DNA from: Bacteroidota bacterium
GTDB taxonomy: Bacteria; Bacteroidota; Bacteroidia; Chitinophagales; Chitinophagaceae
Assembly: GCA_040387755.1 (NCBI GenBank)
Contig: JAZKDB010000001.1
Span: forward strand, 823,141 to 887,140
Direction of reading: 5' to 3'
Length of the DNA stretch: 64,000 nt
Shown: piece after piece, positions 9,901-18,943 of the stretch
Layout of the letters: each line of letters starts with the position of its first letter
Numbering within the stretch: the first letter of the stretch is position 1
Notes under the pieces: model-generated
Seen by the model: the letters and a program-made list of their open reading frames with translations, nothing else
Databases searched by the model: none
Told to the model about the DNA's origin: nothing
Program-made: the position numbers and the translations under genes

Positions 9901-10774
9901 TAAAACCGGATTGTCTTATCAATGGTCAAAGGATAATGTTTTAATCCCCGGCGCTGTTTCTAATAACTACCTTGTAAACACCTCAGGATACTATCGCATT
10001 AGTGCCTACGACGGGCTTTCTGTTTGTTCTGCTATGTCTCGTAGTATTAAAATAACTGTTAATCCTAATCCACCAGCTATATTATCTGTTATGGGTGGTG
10101 GTGGTGCCACAGCATGCGAGAATGAAGGTGTTTTACTGAAAGCAAGTGTAGGTGCATTTTCTTATGAATGGACAAAAGGAGGAAGTACAGTTTTTGGTTG
10201 GAGTGACAGTATGCAATTGATTAAAAATTCGGGTCTGTATCGTGTTAAAGTGCGTAATGCCGAAGGTTGTGTCAGTCTATCCTTGCCCATTAATGTTACC
10301 ATTTTGCCTTCCCCAATTCCTGTAATTGTTCGTGGCGGATTTACTTTGAGTACATCCACTCCTTATTTTGGCTACATATGGGTACGCAATGGTGTTGATA
10401 CGGTTTCTAAAACTTCTACTGTGTCTCTTAGCAAAAACGGAGTTTATAAAGTTTATGTGCAGGATGCAAATGGGTGTCCCGGCGAATCAGGACCATTTGA
10501 TGTAAATGATGCAGCTCTAGGTATTAATCAATCAATTGCCGGAGAAATGCTGCGAATTTATCCCAATCCCACAAATGATAAAGTATTTGTAGAGAGCCCG
10601 ATAAAAATAAGGGTAGCCGTAAAAGATGCAACTGGAAGGATGGTGATTGCTCAGCAGCAGGTATCAGAGATTGATATGAGTAAGCTCGCTGACGGTATAT
10701 ACATTCTCGAGGTCTCTGACGATAACAACATGCTTATTAGTCAGCAGAAGATAACCAAGATTTCTCAACGTTAA
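6962..10774 (+). CDS. Large T9SS-secreted multidomain surface protein (NIDO-like N-domain, two cleaved-adhesin-like repeats, Ig/PKD-like domains, T9SS CTD)
   Basis: Signal peptide ending SSA-Q, VYVSENGYIQFG, duplicated PPYFEDFES...WYLSIDDIGLQ modules, several Y.W..G.Y.V Ig-like units, C-terminal LRIYPNPTNDK..LADGIYILEV CTD. Confidence 0.85.
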   Translation: MKNKLSILMQNFYRFLLLMIVLSVAQKSSAQTASSYSFSTSSGTYTAITGGTLLSSGATMDDASFSVTIPSFTYLGVAYTQVYVSENGYIQFGSTATTTTMRTYLSSTEAAAKTGVAGYSRDIGGKSATSNLRTQTIGSEVIFQWTNMANFASTAHTITFQIRLNTSTNVISVVYNMSATGSTTAQVGLRGSTTDFNNRTSTSNWAASTAGAVNTATMTLSSTVFPASGLNYIWSPPLPCSGKPAGGTLSSSAGASPICPSATATLSVTGSTIATGIAYAWDQSLVSATGPWTPIGGATAATYLASPSACTNMYYRRRTICTLGGLFDSSNAVLVSVKCALTPPYFEDFESITATNTMPNCMTATNLGSLVTTYLAGSTYNRSNHTPGGAKYAAFRWGSNDYMFTPAINITAGKTYEFSFWYIADGYTGWDSLKVLYGSSPSAAGMTTSIGATLSGISNTVYKKYRVRFIAATSGVQYFGIYCKASGVPWYLSIDDIGLQEAPLCAGIPSPGAPEASSKRVCGTGSVELDLPYLPLAVGYKYEWQDSVAGSTWGSDPGRPSFGGTTAPFATGSFSNTTYFRCIVTCNTTGESAISSVLKIDAGPFNPPYFEDFESISSNNQLPTCMTATNLGSLVLTYTATPPPTVRNRFNHTPGGSKFASFRWSCDDYIFSPQMNLIGGQKYVLSFWYITDGLSGWNTLSAKIGLDATPAAMTTTLRTITAPINSGYLQYSDTFTAPTSGTYYFGIYCNSGSAPWYLSIDDIGLQFKACDGMPTATTISGTVASGIGVCPNNIVTLVGSGGSLPLIPGIKYQWQRRVTPVGLWKNIPGAIDTMISSDTLGGYDYRLATICTNTGDTAFSTLYSLPLLPAHPPVSITPATSPIAFCLGDTVKFNATSVPGSVYDWMVDSVVIPGWKFSDLSATTSGVYHVRVSSSATPCPAYSNKVVLVRNDPDYSIVMSTPTDSIVCEGTSLLLSGFGSKTGLSYQWSKDNVLIPGAVSNNYLVNTSGYYRISAYDGLSVCSAMSRSIKITVNPNPPAILSVMGGGGATACENEGVLLKASVGAFSYEWTKGGSTVFGWSDSMQLIKNSGLYRVKVRNAEGCVSLSLPINVTILPSPIPVIVRGGFTLSTSTPYFGYIWVRNGVDTVSKTSTVSLSKNGVYKVYVQDANGCPGESGPFDVNDAALGINQSIAGEMLRIYPNPTNDKVFVESPIKIRVAVKDATGRMVIAQQQVSEIDMSKLADGIYILEVSDDNNMLISQQKITKISQR
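7988..9260 (+). repeat. Internal domain duplication (about 158 aa x2, at 7988-8461 and 8780-9260)
   Basis: PPYFEDFESITATNTMPNCMTATNLGSLV..NHTPGGAKYAAFRW vs PPYFEDFESISSNNQLPTCMTATNLGSLV..NHTPGGSKFASFRW; both end PWYLSIDDIGLQ. Confidence 0.9.
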
Positions 10775-10798
10775 CAATAGATATTGCTTGAGTTTTAT

Positions 10799-10832
10799 AA
10801 AAAGGGAGAACAAAAACTTGTTCTCCCTTTTT
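10799..10832. terminator. Bidirectional intrinsic terminator
   Basis: 15-bp inverted repeat AAAAAGGGAGAACAA / TTGTTCTCCCTTTTT between convergent genes. Confidence 0.85.
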
Positions 10833-11470
10833 TATTTTGCGTATGCTTTGGACCATTTAATGATAAAGGGTGTCAGGATAAACGTTGGTAATAGCCAAGC
10901 GACAATACTGGGTAAATAAGTGTTGTTGACTACCAGAAATGCAGTTAAAGATGCAATATATGCACCCGTCATTCTTTGCAAATGAAGCATAAGCCAATAA
11001 TTCTTGTACTTAATTTTGCCTTTATAAGTCCTCCAGTCTGACCTAAGCATCAGTATACTAATAAGACCGAAGACTAATAAGACAATCCAAAAGAGATTTC
11101 CTGATTTAAAATATACCCCCGCATAAGCAATGAACAACAGGGCAAACAGCGCCATAGTAGCAAACAAAATCCAATCTATTATAGCGGGTTTTTGATCCTT
11201 ATTCAGTTTTTTCAAACGTAAAATACGCATTCCTGTGCCAACCAAATAGATGGAAAAGATACCAATGATAAATAGAAAATCATTGGGGTGAATGCGCGAA
11301 AGGATTAATGAAACTGTAGCAGATAACAACATACTATAAGCGAAAATTTTTCCAATGCGCTTATGTAGTTTGTCTCCTTTTTTACGAAGCAAAATAATAC
11401 TGCCACTTAGCAATGCCGTAACACCTCCAATGATATGAATCGCTAAAAGAGTATTAAAAAGCTGAGGCAT
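10832..11470 (-). CDS. DUF2306-like membrane protein
   Basis: IHIIGG..KKGDKLHKRIGKIF, six hydrophobic segments, HLQRMTGAYIASLTAF. Start overlaps the paaH stop. Confidence 0.8.
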   Translation of the reverse strand: MPQLFNTLLAIHIIGGVTALLSGSIILLRKKGDKLHKRIGKIFAYSMLLSATVSLILSRIHPNDFLFIIGIFSIYLVGTGMRILRLKKLNKDQKPAIIDWILFATMALFALLFIAYAGVYFKSGNLFWIVLLVFGLISILMLRSDWRTYKGKIKYKNYWLMLHLQRMTGAYIASLTAFLVVNNTYLPSIVAWLLPTFILTPFIIKWSKAYAK

Positions 11471-12621
11471 TATATCATTTCATTTTGGGCCACTTTATTC
11501 CTAATCCAGGCGCTTGCCCGATATCGGTCTTCGTGGTAATAATGGTATAACTCATCCAATTGATTCAGGATATTTCCCCATCCTTTTTCATCTCCCCACG
11601 CCAACAGACCTTTAGGATAATTCACTCCTTTTGTCATTGCAGTTTCCAAATCTTCTCTGTTGGCAATATTCAGAAATAAGGCATCAGCGGCCTCATTAAT
11701 GAGCATTACCAGTATTCTGTCAGCAATTTTTTGTTGTAAGGCAACATCCTCATTAGCTTTTGGTTGTTCTGTTCCTTCTGCATAATTATAAAATCCACGA
11801 CCTGTTTTTCTTCCCCAAAATCCTGCTTCAAACAGACGTTTCTGACTTAATGAAGGCTTAAAACGTGGGTCATAAAAGAAGGCACTGAAAACCGATTCCG
11901 TAACACGATAATTGACATCATGTCCGATAAAATCCATTAATGTAAATGGCCCCATTTTAAAACCGCCAATGTTTGTCATTGCTGCATCAATTGTAGCGCA
12001 ATCTGCAACCCCTTCTTCATATAATCTTATGGCTTCACTGTAAAAAGGTCTTGCCACACGGTTAACAATAAAACCTGGAGTGTCTTTGGTAATTACAGGC
12101 AGTTTTCCCCAAGCGCTTACCCATAATTTTACTTCTTCGGCCAGCCCTTCACGTGTTTGCACTGCAGGAATAATTTCTACCAGTGCCATTAAAGGCGCAG
12201 GATTGAAAAAATGAATTCCAATGACACGCTCAGGTCTGGAGCAGGCGGCAGCTATCGATGCTATAGACAGTGAAGAGGTATTTGTTGCAAGAATACAATC
12301 TGTTGAAACCACAGCTTCAATATCTTTAAAGACCAGCTGTTTTACGCTCAGGTCTTCAACGATGGCTTCAATGACCAGATTAGCATCTTTAAGACCATCA
12401 AGCGTTTGGATATAATGGATGTTGCCGATATATTGAGCAGATTGTTCAGGACTCAATTTGCCTTTCTCGGTCAGTTTGTCAAAACTACTTTTAAGTGTTG
12501 TTTTTGCTTTGTCAAGTGCCGCAGGATTTGTATCAAATATTGCTACTTCATGTCCTGCACTGGCCAATACCTGAGCAATACCACTGCCCATTGCTCCGCT
12601 ACCTATAATTCCTGTTTTCAT
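11470..12621 (-). CDS. paaH: 3-hydroxyacyl-CoA dehydrogenase (PaaH-like)
   Basis: Start moved to ATG 12621 (MKTGIIGSGAMG). EAIVE, TNTSS, HFFNPA, PGFIVNR, duplicated C-terminal 3HCDH domain (GVNYPKG). Confidence 0.85.
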   Translation of the reverse strand: MKTGIIGSGAMGSGIAQVLASAGHEVAIFDTNPAALDKAKTTLKSSFDKLTEKGKLSPEQSAQYIGNIHYIQTLDGLKDANLVIEAIVEDLSVKQLVFKDIEAVVSTDCILATNTSSLSIASIAAACSRPERVIGIHFFNPAPLMALVEIIPAVQTREGLAEEVKLWVSAWGKLPVITKDTPGFIVNRVARPFYSEAIRLYEEGVADCATIDAAMTNIGGFKMGPFTLMDFIGHDVNYRVTESVFSAFFYDPRFKPSLSQKRLFEAGFWGRKTGRGFYNYAEGTEQPKANEDVALQQKIADRILVMLINEAADALFLNIANREDLETAMTKGVNYPKGLLAWGDEKGWGNILNQLDELYHYYHEDRYRASAWIRNKVAQNEMI

Positions 12622-12676
12622 TCTTTTACTTAAAAAATTGTTGCGCCCAAAAATAGGTAAAAAACAAGCCAAACAA

Positions 12677-13699
12677 TTAGAAGGGAAAAAAAGAAATCAG
12701 CCTGAAATAATCAAGTTCCTCAGTTTTGACAGGTATCCTAATTCCTATCATCCGGCCATACATTTTAATCCTTGAACGATTGTGATAGATTTTTCCCATT
12801 TGCCAGGTGATAGAATAATAATGAAATCCTTTACTGTTTTTAAATATAATGTTTCTACTATACCAGGTAGGTAAGGAAGACAGAACCGCATCAGGGCCAT
12901 CGGATAGCCAGGCTACATTTTGGTGGGCCTGCTGCCAGGCAGAATCTGAATTGGGATGTTTTGTTTTGTCATAATAGCTTTGACGGTCAATAATTGATGT
13001 TACCTTGTCCCAATTGTTTTTTTCGATGGCAGCGCAGAAATTGCAATTGGTAGGGCAAAATGTTGAATTGACTTTCTGGCGAATAACCTTCTTTTCTACA
13101 ATATTTACTGTAACATAATTGCTGTTTAATGAACCTTCCGGCAGATTTAGTTTTTCAGGGTCAAAGCTTCTTTCTGTTTTGAAATCAGACACTTTGTGAT
13201 AGACATATTTACATAAAGAGTCATCCCATGGGGAGTACCAAACCAATACTTCATATTGTCCTGCAGGCAAATCGGGCATTGGATGATTGGCTTCAATATG
13301 CTTCCGGTAGTTTGCTTTATCGTTCAAAAATAAAGGGATGATGGTGCTCCCTTTTGGAGGCAATCTTTTAAAAGTACTCGAGCTTACTTTTGTTGTATCC
13401 ATATCTATCAATGTCGATTCACGGTATACTTCTTTGTAGAAATTATTTTTTACGCTAAAGAAAGAAAAGTGAATCAGCTTTGGGCCTCGGTTTTGACTGC
13501 CAGGCAAAAGAATGGAATGAGCTTTATCACTTGCATTGCTTAGTGTGAGATTAAATTGAACAATCTCATCCTTACTAAATGTAGTCTGCAGGCATTCCAG
13601 TTTGAGGGACAGGCCAATCAAAAACAAGTCAGCTTTACTTGTTTTTGTATTCAGTAAAAGTATAATGAGCAATGCCAGTGTACCGAAACGTTTTTGCAT
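12677..13699 (-). CDS. Hypothetical exported protein
   Basis: 340-aa ORF with signal peptide (LALLIILLLNTKTSKA); no family recognised; abuts the thioredoxin-like gene. Confidence 0.6.
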   Translation of the reverse strand: MQKRFGTLALLIILLLNTKTSKADLFLIGLSLKLECLQTTFSKDEIVQFNLTLSNASDKAHSILLPGSQNRGPKLIHFSFFSVKNNFYKEVYRESTLIDMDTTKVSSSTFKRLPPKGSTIIPLFLNDKANYRKHIEANHPMPDLPAGQYEVLVWYSPWDDSLCKYVYHKVSDFKTERSFDPEKLNLPEGSLNSNYVTVNIVEKKVIRQKVNSTFCPTNCNFCAAIEKNNWDKVTSIIDRQSYYDKTKHPNSDSAWQQAHQNVAWLSDGPDAVLSSLPTWYSRNIIFKNSKGFHYYSITWQMGKIYHNRSRIKMYGRMIGIRIPVKTEELDYFRLISFFPF

Positions 13700-14269
13700 T
13701 TAGTTTTCAAGAGTTGTATTCAATAACGCGGAAAGCTCCAACAATATTTCCTTTCCTTCATCTTTATTATACCAAAGCTGTAATTCAGTCTTAACTGTAT
13801 CAAAATCGGCATTTTTAGCTAATAGTTCATCATACACTTTTTGACAAGCTGCAGGTCTTGGCCCCCAAACAGCCAAATCGTTTTCGGATTGATTGCGGAT
13901 AATTAATTTTGGAATGGATTTGCTTTTCCCGTTTGTCAAATATTTTTCGATGCGGTGAGGTTCACTATCACGCAGTTCATAACTGATGGAAATGTTGTTG
14001 TTTAATTGCCCAATCATTTCAATGAAAGGAACAATATGAGCAGCATCTCCACACCAAGGTTCTGTTATGACAATCCAATTTTGCTTATAATTAATTGTAG
14101 CAACGATGCTCTTAATTTTTTCATCTAAATGCCCGGTTTTCAACCAGCGGTTCATTCTGCTCCAATTGAGTTTGGTGTAATTAAGATAATCCGGATTGTC
14201 GTATGGTGCAGAAGGTGCAGGCTGATGGAGTATTTCCTGAAAGTAATCTTTGTATTCTTGAAAGGTCAT
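13700..14269 (-). CDS. Thioredoxin-family protein (Thioredoxin_9-like, single-Cys WCGDA)
   Basis: VITEPWCGDA, YLTNGKSKSIPKLI, WGPRP. Confidence 0.85.
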   Translation of the reverse strand: MTFQEYKDYFQEILHQPAPSAPYDNPDYLNYTKLNWSRMNRWLKTGHLDEKIKSIVATINYKQNWIVITEPWCGDAAHIVPFIEMIGQLNNNISISYELRDSEPHRIEKYLTNGKSKSIPKLIIRNQSENDLAVWGPRPAACQKVYDELLAKNADFDTVKTELQLWYNKDEGKEILLELSALLNTTLEN

Positions 14270-14420
14270 GATTGTTTGCTATATTTAAATATAAAGGTAA
14301 AATTATAGCCATTAATAATTAGCATTGATTGATGTTTGTTATGCAATCATAAAGCTTTGCACCCTTGCTTGCAGTTTATCAATCATTAGTTTACTTTTAT
14401 TCAATCGTAAATATTAAGTT

Positions 14421-14741
14421 ATGTTAGTTACCAGAGTCATTATTGAGTTTTTGAAAGATAAAGATTATCGGGATTTGCTCCTCACCACTTTATTTGTCAT
14501 TATTTTTGGCACAGTTTTTTTCCATTTTGTAGAAGGCTGGAGGTGGTTGGATTCTGTGTACTTTTGTGTGATTACCCTCACCACTGTTGGTTATGGAGAT
14601 TTTTCGCCGGTAACAGATTTGGGCAAGATGTTTAACATTGTTTATATCATTGTGGGTGTAGGTCTGATACTTACTTTTATAAAAACAGTGACTAGTCATT
14701 ATTACAAAGTAAAGAGTGAGTATGGTAAAAAATTAAGTTGA
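14421..14741 (+). CDS. Two-TM potassium channel subunit (Ion_trans_2)
   Basis: Pore helix [19 protein letters not shown] with the TVGYG filter; two TM helices. Confidence 0.92.
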   Translation: MLVTRVIIEFLKDKDYRDLLLTTLFVIIFGTVFFHFVEGWRWLDSVYFCVITLTTVGYGDFSPVTDLGKMFNIVYIIVGVGLILTFIKTVTSHYYKVKSEYGKKLS

Positions 14742-14817
14742 AAATTTTGTAAAAGCAATAGAAAAACAATATACAGTTGAGTTGATGCTGTATAACTAAA
14801 ACTAATTTATTTGTATT

Positions 14818-15591
14818 ATGTCTTCAAAAACTTGCCTGAATTGTGGTCACGAACTATCTAATAATTTTTGTTCCTTTTGCGGGCAGAAGGCCGATACTCA
14901 TCGTATCACTGTAAAGCATTTTATTCAGCACGATTTGCTGCATGGAGTATTTCATTTGGATAAGGGCATCCTTTTTACTATTAAAGAAACCTTTACCAGA
15001 CCCGGTAAAGCAGCCATGGATTATATCAACGGTAAGCGTATTAGTTACTATAATATTTTTTATCTCTTGTTGGTTTTAATAGGGCTTAATTTAGTTGTAG
15101 TACACTATGTCGAAGTGTTTAATGACACTGCTCTAAAGTTAAAAGTTAACAAGGATGGCACCAAATTATATGATTTTTTCAATAAAAATATAAAGTACAT
15201 TATTCTTTCTTTTATTCCCTTATTTGCTATTAATGGTTTGATTCTCTTCCGACGTTTAAAATTGAATTTTGCAGAACACCACATTATTGGAGGTTTCGTG
15301 TTACTTGGTTGTACCATTATGGCTTTGCTCATCAATCTGTTAGGGTTATTGCCAATATCTTGGCAAGAATCTTTTTTTGGATATCTTGAATTGGCCCTGA
15401 TGTTTTGTTTGTTTGTTTTCCCCTGCTATGTTTATTATATGGCTTTTGCTCAGTCATATAAAATTTATGGTTTCATTGTTCGTATTATTTTGATGTATTT
15501 TTTCTTTATAATGCAAGTTGTGTTTTTGACATTGTGTATTGCTGCTTGGCTATCTAAAGGAAGTTTCGAGGGGGAAATAAAATTTGCTTAA
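14818..15591 (+). CDS. DUF3667-like membrane protein with N-terminal Zn ribbon
   Basis: CLNCG..NFCSFCGQK, FTRPG, YINGKRISY, several TM segments. Confidence 0.85.
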   Translation: MSSKTCLNCGHELSNNFCSFCGQKADTHRITVKHFIQHDLLHGVFHLDKGILFTIKETFTRPGKAAMDYINGKRISYYNIFYLLLVLIGLNLVVVHYVEVFNDTALKLKVNKDGTKLYDFFNKNIKYIILSFIPLFAINGLILFRRLKLNFAEHHIIGGFVLLGCTIMALLINLLGLLPISWQESFFGYLELALMFCLFVFPCYVYYMAFAQSYKIYGFIVRIILMYFFFIMQVVFLTLCIAAWLSKGSFEGEIKFA

Positions 15592-15613
15592 AATATTTGT
15601 CTACATTAAAAAA

Positions 15614-15643
15614 AAAATAGCAGGTCATTTGACCTGCTATTTT
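15614..15643 (+). terminator. Intrinsic terminator (probably bidirectional)
   Basis: AAAATAGCAGGTCA / TGACCTGCTATTTT inverted repeat 22 nt after the DUF3667 stop. Confidence 0.8.
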
Positions 15644-15813
15644 AAATCAACAAAGAGAAAAGAATATATTGACAAGGTAAATTATTGCACAATTGAATGC
15701 CCGTTTTTTTGGTGATTTGCATGCAATACTTTGCATTTAGTAAAAGGAATCTCTTTAAAATAGCAGGAACAACTACAGACTTTTATTCTATAGATAAAGG
15801 AAAGATTCAGAAT

Positions 15814-16248
15814 CTATTTTCTTATTGCTCTCAATTCGTAACCATTTGCACTATATTTTGCGGTAGCAACAGAGATAATAAAAAGGCTGTCCCCTCTGAA
15901 GGTTAATTCTGTCTCGGGGAATCCGTCATACCATGTAATAAATTGTTTGGAATCGTGAATGATAAAAAGGGAATCATTGATGCTATTGTGAGTAAACTTC
16001 TCACCCCTTATTGTGCATGTAAATCCTTTTATAGTGTCAAAACTTACAACTTCGTTTTTGTTGTATGAATATCTTTTTCCTCTGGAGTATCCACTCCAAG
16101 GTATTGTTGGAGTTCTGGAACTATAAAGATCGCAACTATCAAATATTTGATAGTTGAGTGAAACGATAGTTTGGGGTGTTTCTTTTTTCTTACAGGATAA
16201 AACGGAAGCAACTAAGGCAAAAAGGCAAACCAGATATTTTGTGTTCAT
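15814..16248 (-). CDS. Hypothetical lipoprotein
   Basis: Signal II with lipobox VLSC followed by KKKE. Confidence 0.65.
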   Translation of the reverse strand: MNTKYLVCLFALVASVLSCKKKETPQTIVSLNYQIFDSCDLYSSRTPTIPWSGYSRGKRYSYNKNEVVSFDTIKGFTCTIRGEKFTHNSINDSLFIIHDSKQFITWYDGFPETELTFRGDSLFIISVATAKYSANGYELRAIRK

Positions 16249-16310
16249 ATACTCTAAAATACTTTACAGTAAATGTACAACAAATTTTTATTTGATTGCA
16301 ATTCCTTGTT

Positions 16311-16832
16311 TTATCTGTGACATTTAAAATAGTCGAAAGGCTCCTTGCAGTCCAGGCAGCGGTATAATGCTTTGCAGGAAGTTGAACCGAATTGACTCAC
16401 CAATTCGGTGTTCATAGAATTGCATTGAGGGCATTGTATTTTGTGGTCTTCACCAAACAACTCATCAACGATTGTATTGCTCAAAGGTGGCGCAATGCCA
16501 TACTCTTTGAGCTTTTGTTTGCCTGCTTCGCTCATCCAGTCTGTGGTCCAGGCAGGGCTGAGTTGTTGTACGATCTGCACATTTTTAATACCCGCCTCTA
16601 TCAATGCCATCCGGATGCCCATAGATATCATATCCATCGCTGGACAACCGGAATAAGTAGGAGTGATGGTAATTGTGACTTCTTGGCTATCACTTAAATC
16701 AGATTGCTTCGTTCTTCGCAATGACGTAGATACACCCCTCACCACGCCTAAATCCACTACACTCAGTACAGGTACTTCAGGGTCGGGTACCGATTCCAAC
16801 AATGCCCATATCTGCTCTTCTGTCATTACCAT
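16311..16832 (-). CDS. paaD: Phenylacetyl-CoA epoxidase subunit D
   Basis: VPDPEVPVLSVVDLG, TPTYSGCPA, PAWTTDWM, CPQC..FGSTSCKALYRCLDCKEPFDYFKCH. Confidence 0.95.
   Translation of the reverse strand: MVMTEEQIWALLESVPDPEVPVLSVVDLGVVRGVSTSLRRTKQSDLSDSQEVTITITPTYSGCPAMDMISMGIRMALIEAGIKNVQIVQQLSPAWTTDWMSEAGKQKLKEYGIAPPLSNTIVDELFGEDHKIQCPQCNSMNTELVSQFGSTSCKALYRCLDCKEPFDYFKCHR
16701..16726 (-). repeat. CGTC-tagged REP-like palindromic unit inside paaD
   Basis: Minus strand CGTCATTGCGAAGAACGAAGCAATCT with ATTGC/GCAAT stem; translated in frame as part of TSLRRTKQS. Only one copy seen in the window. Confidence 0.6.
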
Positions 16833-17605
16833 GTTTGTCCGGGATATTGTCTTTGCAGGTATTGCATTTCAGCAAGCATATAACCCAGATGTTCTGTATG
16901 CACACCTGTTTTGCCACCACGTTGCATATACATTTCTTCGGGTACGTTCAACGTTGCTTCTGCAAAAACTGCTGTTACTTTTTGCATCCAGGCATCTTTC
17001 AAACTCGCTAAATCCGGGATGATACCAATACTGGTCAGCAATTGCTCATCCGCAGTTGGAATAAACATTTCACCGCTGTATGTCCAGATTTCGTTGATTG
17101 ATTTCTGAATACGGTTTTTGCTTTCTTCGGTTCCGTCTCCCAGGCGTATTACCCATTCAGCACTCCATTTGTAATGATAGTTTGTTTCTATCAATGACTT
17201 TTCGGCAATAGCCGCTAATTGTTCATTGCTGCTTTTTTTCAATTCCTCCAACAGTAATTGCTGATAGGCTTCGTACAAAAACTGACGGACTATGGTGTAA
17301 CCAAAATCACCATTAGGCTGTTCAGAAAGTAGCAGGTTTTTGAATTGTCTTTCGCTGCGCAAAAAGGCTAAATCGTCTTCTGTTTTTCCTTCGCCTAATA
17401 ATGCTGCAGCATATTGGTATAAGCTGCGTGTTTGTCCCAACAGGTCCAGACCAATATTAGACAATGCAATGTCTTGTTCCAGTATAGGGCCGTGACCGCA
17501 CCATTCGCAGATGCGCTGACCGAGGATTAGATTCGTATCTGCAAGGTGCAAAACATAATCGCACAAGGCAGTTTGAGTATCGGTATGAATAGCGATGTTT
17601 GTCAT
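16826..17605 (-). CDS. paaC: Phenylacetyl-CoA epoxidase subunit C
   Basis: LADTNLILGQR..WCGHGPILEQDIA, EDDLAFLR, QPNGDFG, HTEHLGYMLAEMQYLQR.YPG. Confidence 0.96.
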   Translation of the reverse strand: MTNIAIHTDTQTALCDYVLHLADTNLILGQRICEWCGHGPILEQDIALSNIGLDLLGQTRSLYQYAAALLGEGKTEDDLAFLRSERQFKNLLLSEQPNGDFGYTIVRQFLYEAYQQLLLEELKKSSNEQLAAIAEKSLIETNYHYKWSAEWVIRLGDGTEESKNRIQKSINEIWTYSGEMFIPTADEQLLTSIGIIPDLASLKDAWMQKVTAVFAEATLNVPEEMYMQRGGKTGVHTEHLGYMLAEMQYLQRQYPGQTW

Positions 17606-17611
17606 AAAAAA

Positions 17612-17899
17612 TTACATGTGGCCTATGGCCTCTGGAATGTCATAAAAAGTAGGGTGGCGGTATATTTTGTCTTCAGCAGGTTCAAAAAATTCACCTGCTT
17701 CATCAGGGTTGGAAGCATGAACATTTTTAGATTCCACAGCCCAGATGCTTACTCCTTCCATACGGCGTGTATACACATCACGTGCATTTTCAATTGCCAT
17801 TTGCGCGTCAGCTGCGTGCAGGCTTCCCACATGTTTATGATCCAGTCCCTGGCGGCTGCGGATGAAAATTTCCCAAAGTGGCCAATCTTTATTTTCCAT
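17612..17899 (-). CDS. paaB: Phenylacetyl-CoA epoxidase subunit B
   Basis: WPLWEIFIRSRQGLDHKHVGSLHAAD, ARDVYTRRMEGVSIW, KIYRHPTFY. Confidence 0.97.
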   Translation of the reverse strand: MENKDWPLWEIFIRSRQGLDHKHVGSLHAADAQMAIENARDVYTRRMEGVSIWAVESKNVHASNPDEAGEFFEPAEDKIYRHPTFYDIPEAIGHM

Positions 17900-17940
17900 A
17901 ATAGTATTTTTAAAAAGGTTTTTAATTTTTTGTTTGTCAA

Positions 17941-18897
17941 TTATGCCACCTCAACTTTTGCTGCATTTCGTTTAGCTCTTTTCTCTGCATAAGCACTGGC
18001 TGCTTCACGTACCCAGGCTCCGTTTTTATGTGCATTCTGACGTGCTTCCAATCTTTGTTTGTTACAAGGGCCATTACCTTTTACCACATTCCAAAACTCA
18101 TCCCAGTTAATGGCACCGAAATCATAAGATTTTTTCTCTTCATTCCATTTCAGATCTTTGTCCGGAATCGTCAGGCCGATATATTCAGCTTGTGGTACAG
18201 TGGCATCAATAAATTTCTGGCGCAACTCATCATTGGTATGGCGTTTGATTTTCCATTTTACAGATTGTTCTGTGTTAGATGATTCGGCATCTGTAGGCCC
18301 AAACATCATGATAGCTGGCCACCACCAGCGGTTCATTGCATCCTGTGCCATTTCTTTTTGTTCGGCCGAGCCATTCATTAGGGTCATCATAATTTCATAA
18401 CCCTGACGTTGATGGAAGCTTTCTTCCTTACACACACGCACCATAGCACGGGCATAAGGGCCATAAGAGGTGCGGCAGAGCGGCACCTGATTCATAATGG
18501 CAGCACCGTCTACCAACCAGCCAATTGCGCCCATATCGGCCCAGGTAAGTGTTGGGTAGTTAAAGATGCTTGAATATTTTGCTTTTCCTGACAACAAATC
18601 TTCTATCGTTTGCAAGCGACTGATGCCAAGTGTTTCCACTGCACTATATAAATACAAACCATGTCCTGCTTCATCCTGAACTTTAGCTAGCAATGTAGCT
18701 TTGCGCTTAAGCGATGGGGCACGGGTCAGCCAGTTTCCTTCCGGCAACATCCCAACAATTTCAGAATGGGCGTGTTGAGATATTTGACGGATAAGCGTTT
18801 TGCGGTAAGCATCCGGCATCCAGTCTTTGGGCTCAATTTTTATTTCAGCATCAATTTTTGCCTGAAACTGTTCTTCGAGATTGATTTGAGGACTCAT
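17941..18897 (-). CDS. paaA: Phenylacetyl-CoA epoxidase subunit A (di-iron)
   Basis: Start moved to ATG 18897 ([11 protein letters not shown]). [34 protein letters not shown]. Confidence 0.97.
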   Translation of the reverse strand: MSPQINLEEQFQAKIDAEIKIEPKDWMPDAYRKTLIRQISQHAHSEIVGMLPEGNWLTRAPSLKRKATLLAKVQDEAGHGLYLYSAVETLGISRLQTIEDLLSGKAKYSSIFNYPTLTWADMGAIGWLVDGAAIMNQVPLCRTSYGPYARAMVRVCKEESFHQRQGYEIMMTLMNGSAEQKEMAQDAMNRWWWPAIMMFGPTDAESSNTEQSVKWKIKRHTNDELRQKFIDATVPQAEYIGLTIPDKDLKWNEEKKSYDFGAINWDEFWNVVKGNGPCNKQRLEARQNAHKNGAWVREAASAYAEKRAKRNAAKVEVA

Positions 18898-18943
18898 AAA
18901 ATTGTGTTTTTTTATTGTTTGAAATATTGTTTTACATAAAGGT

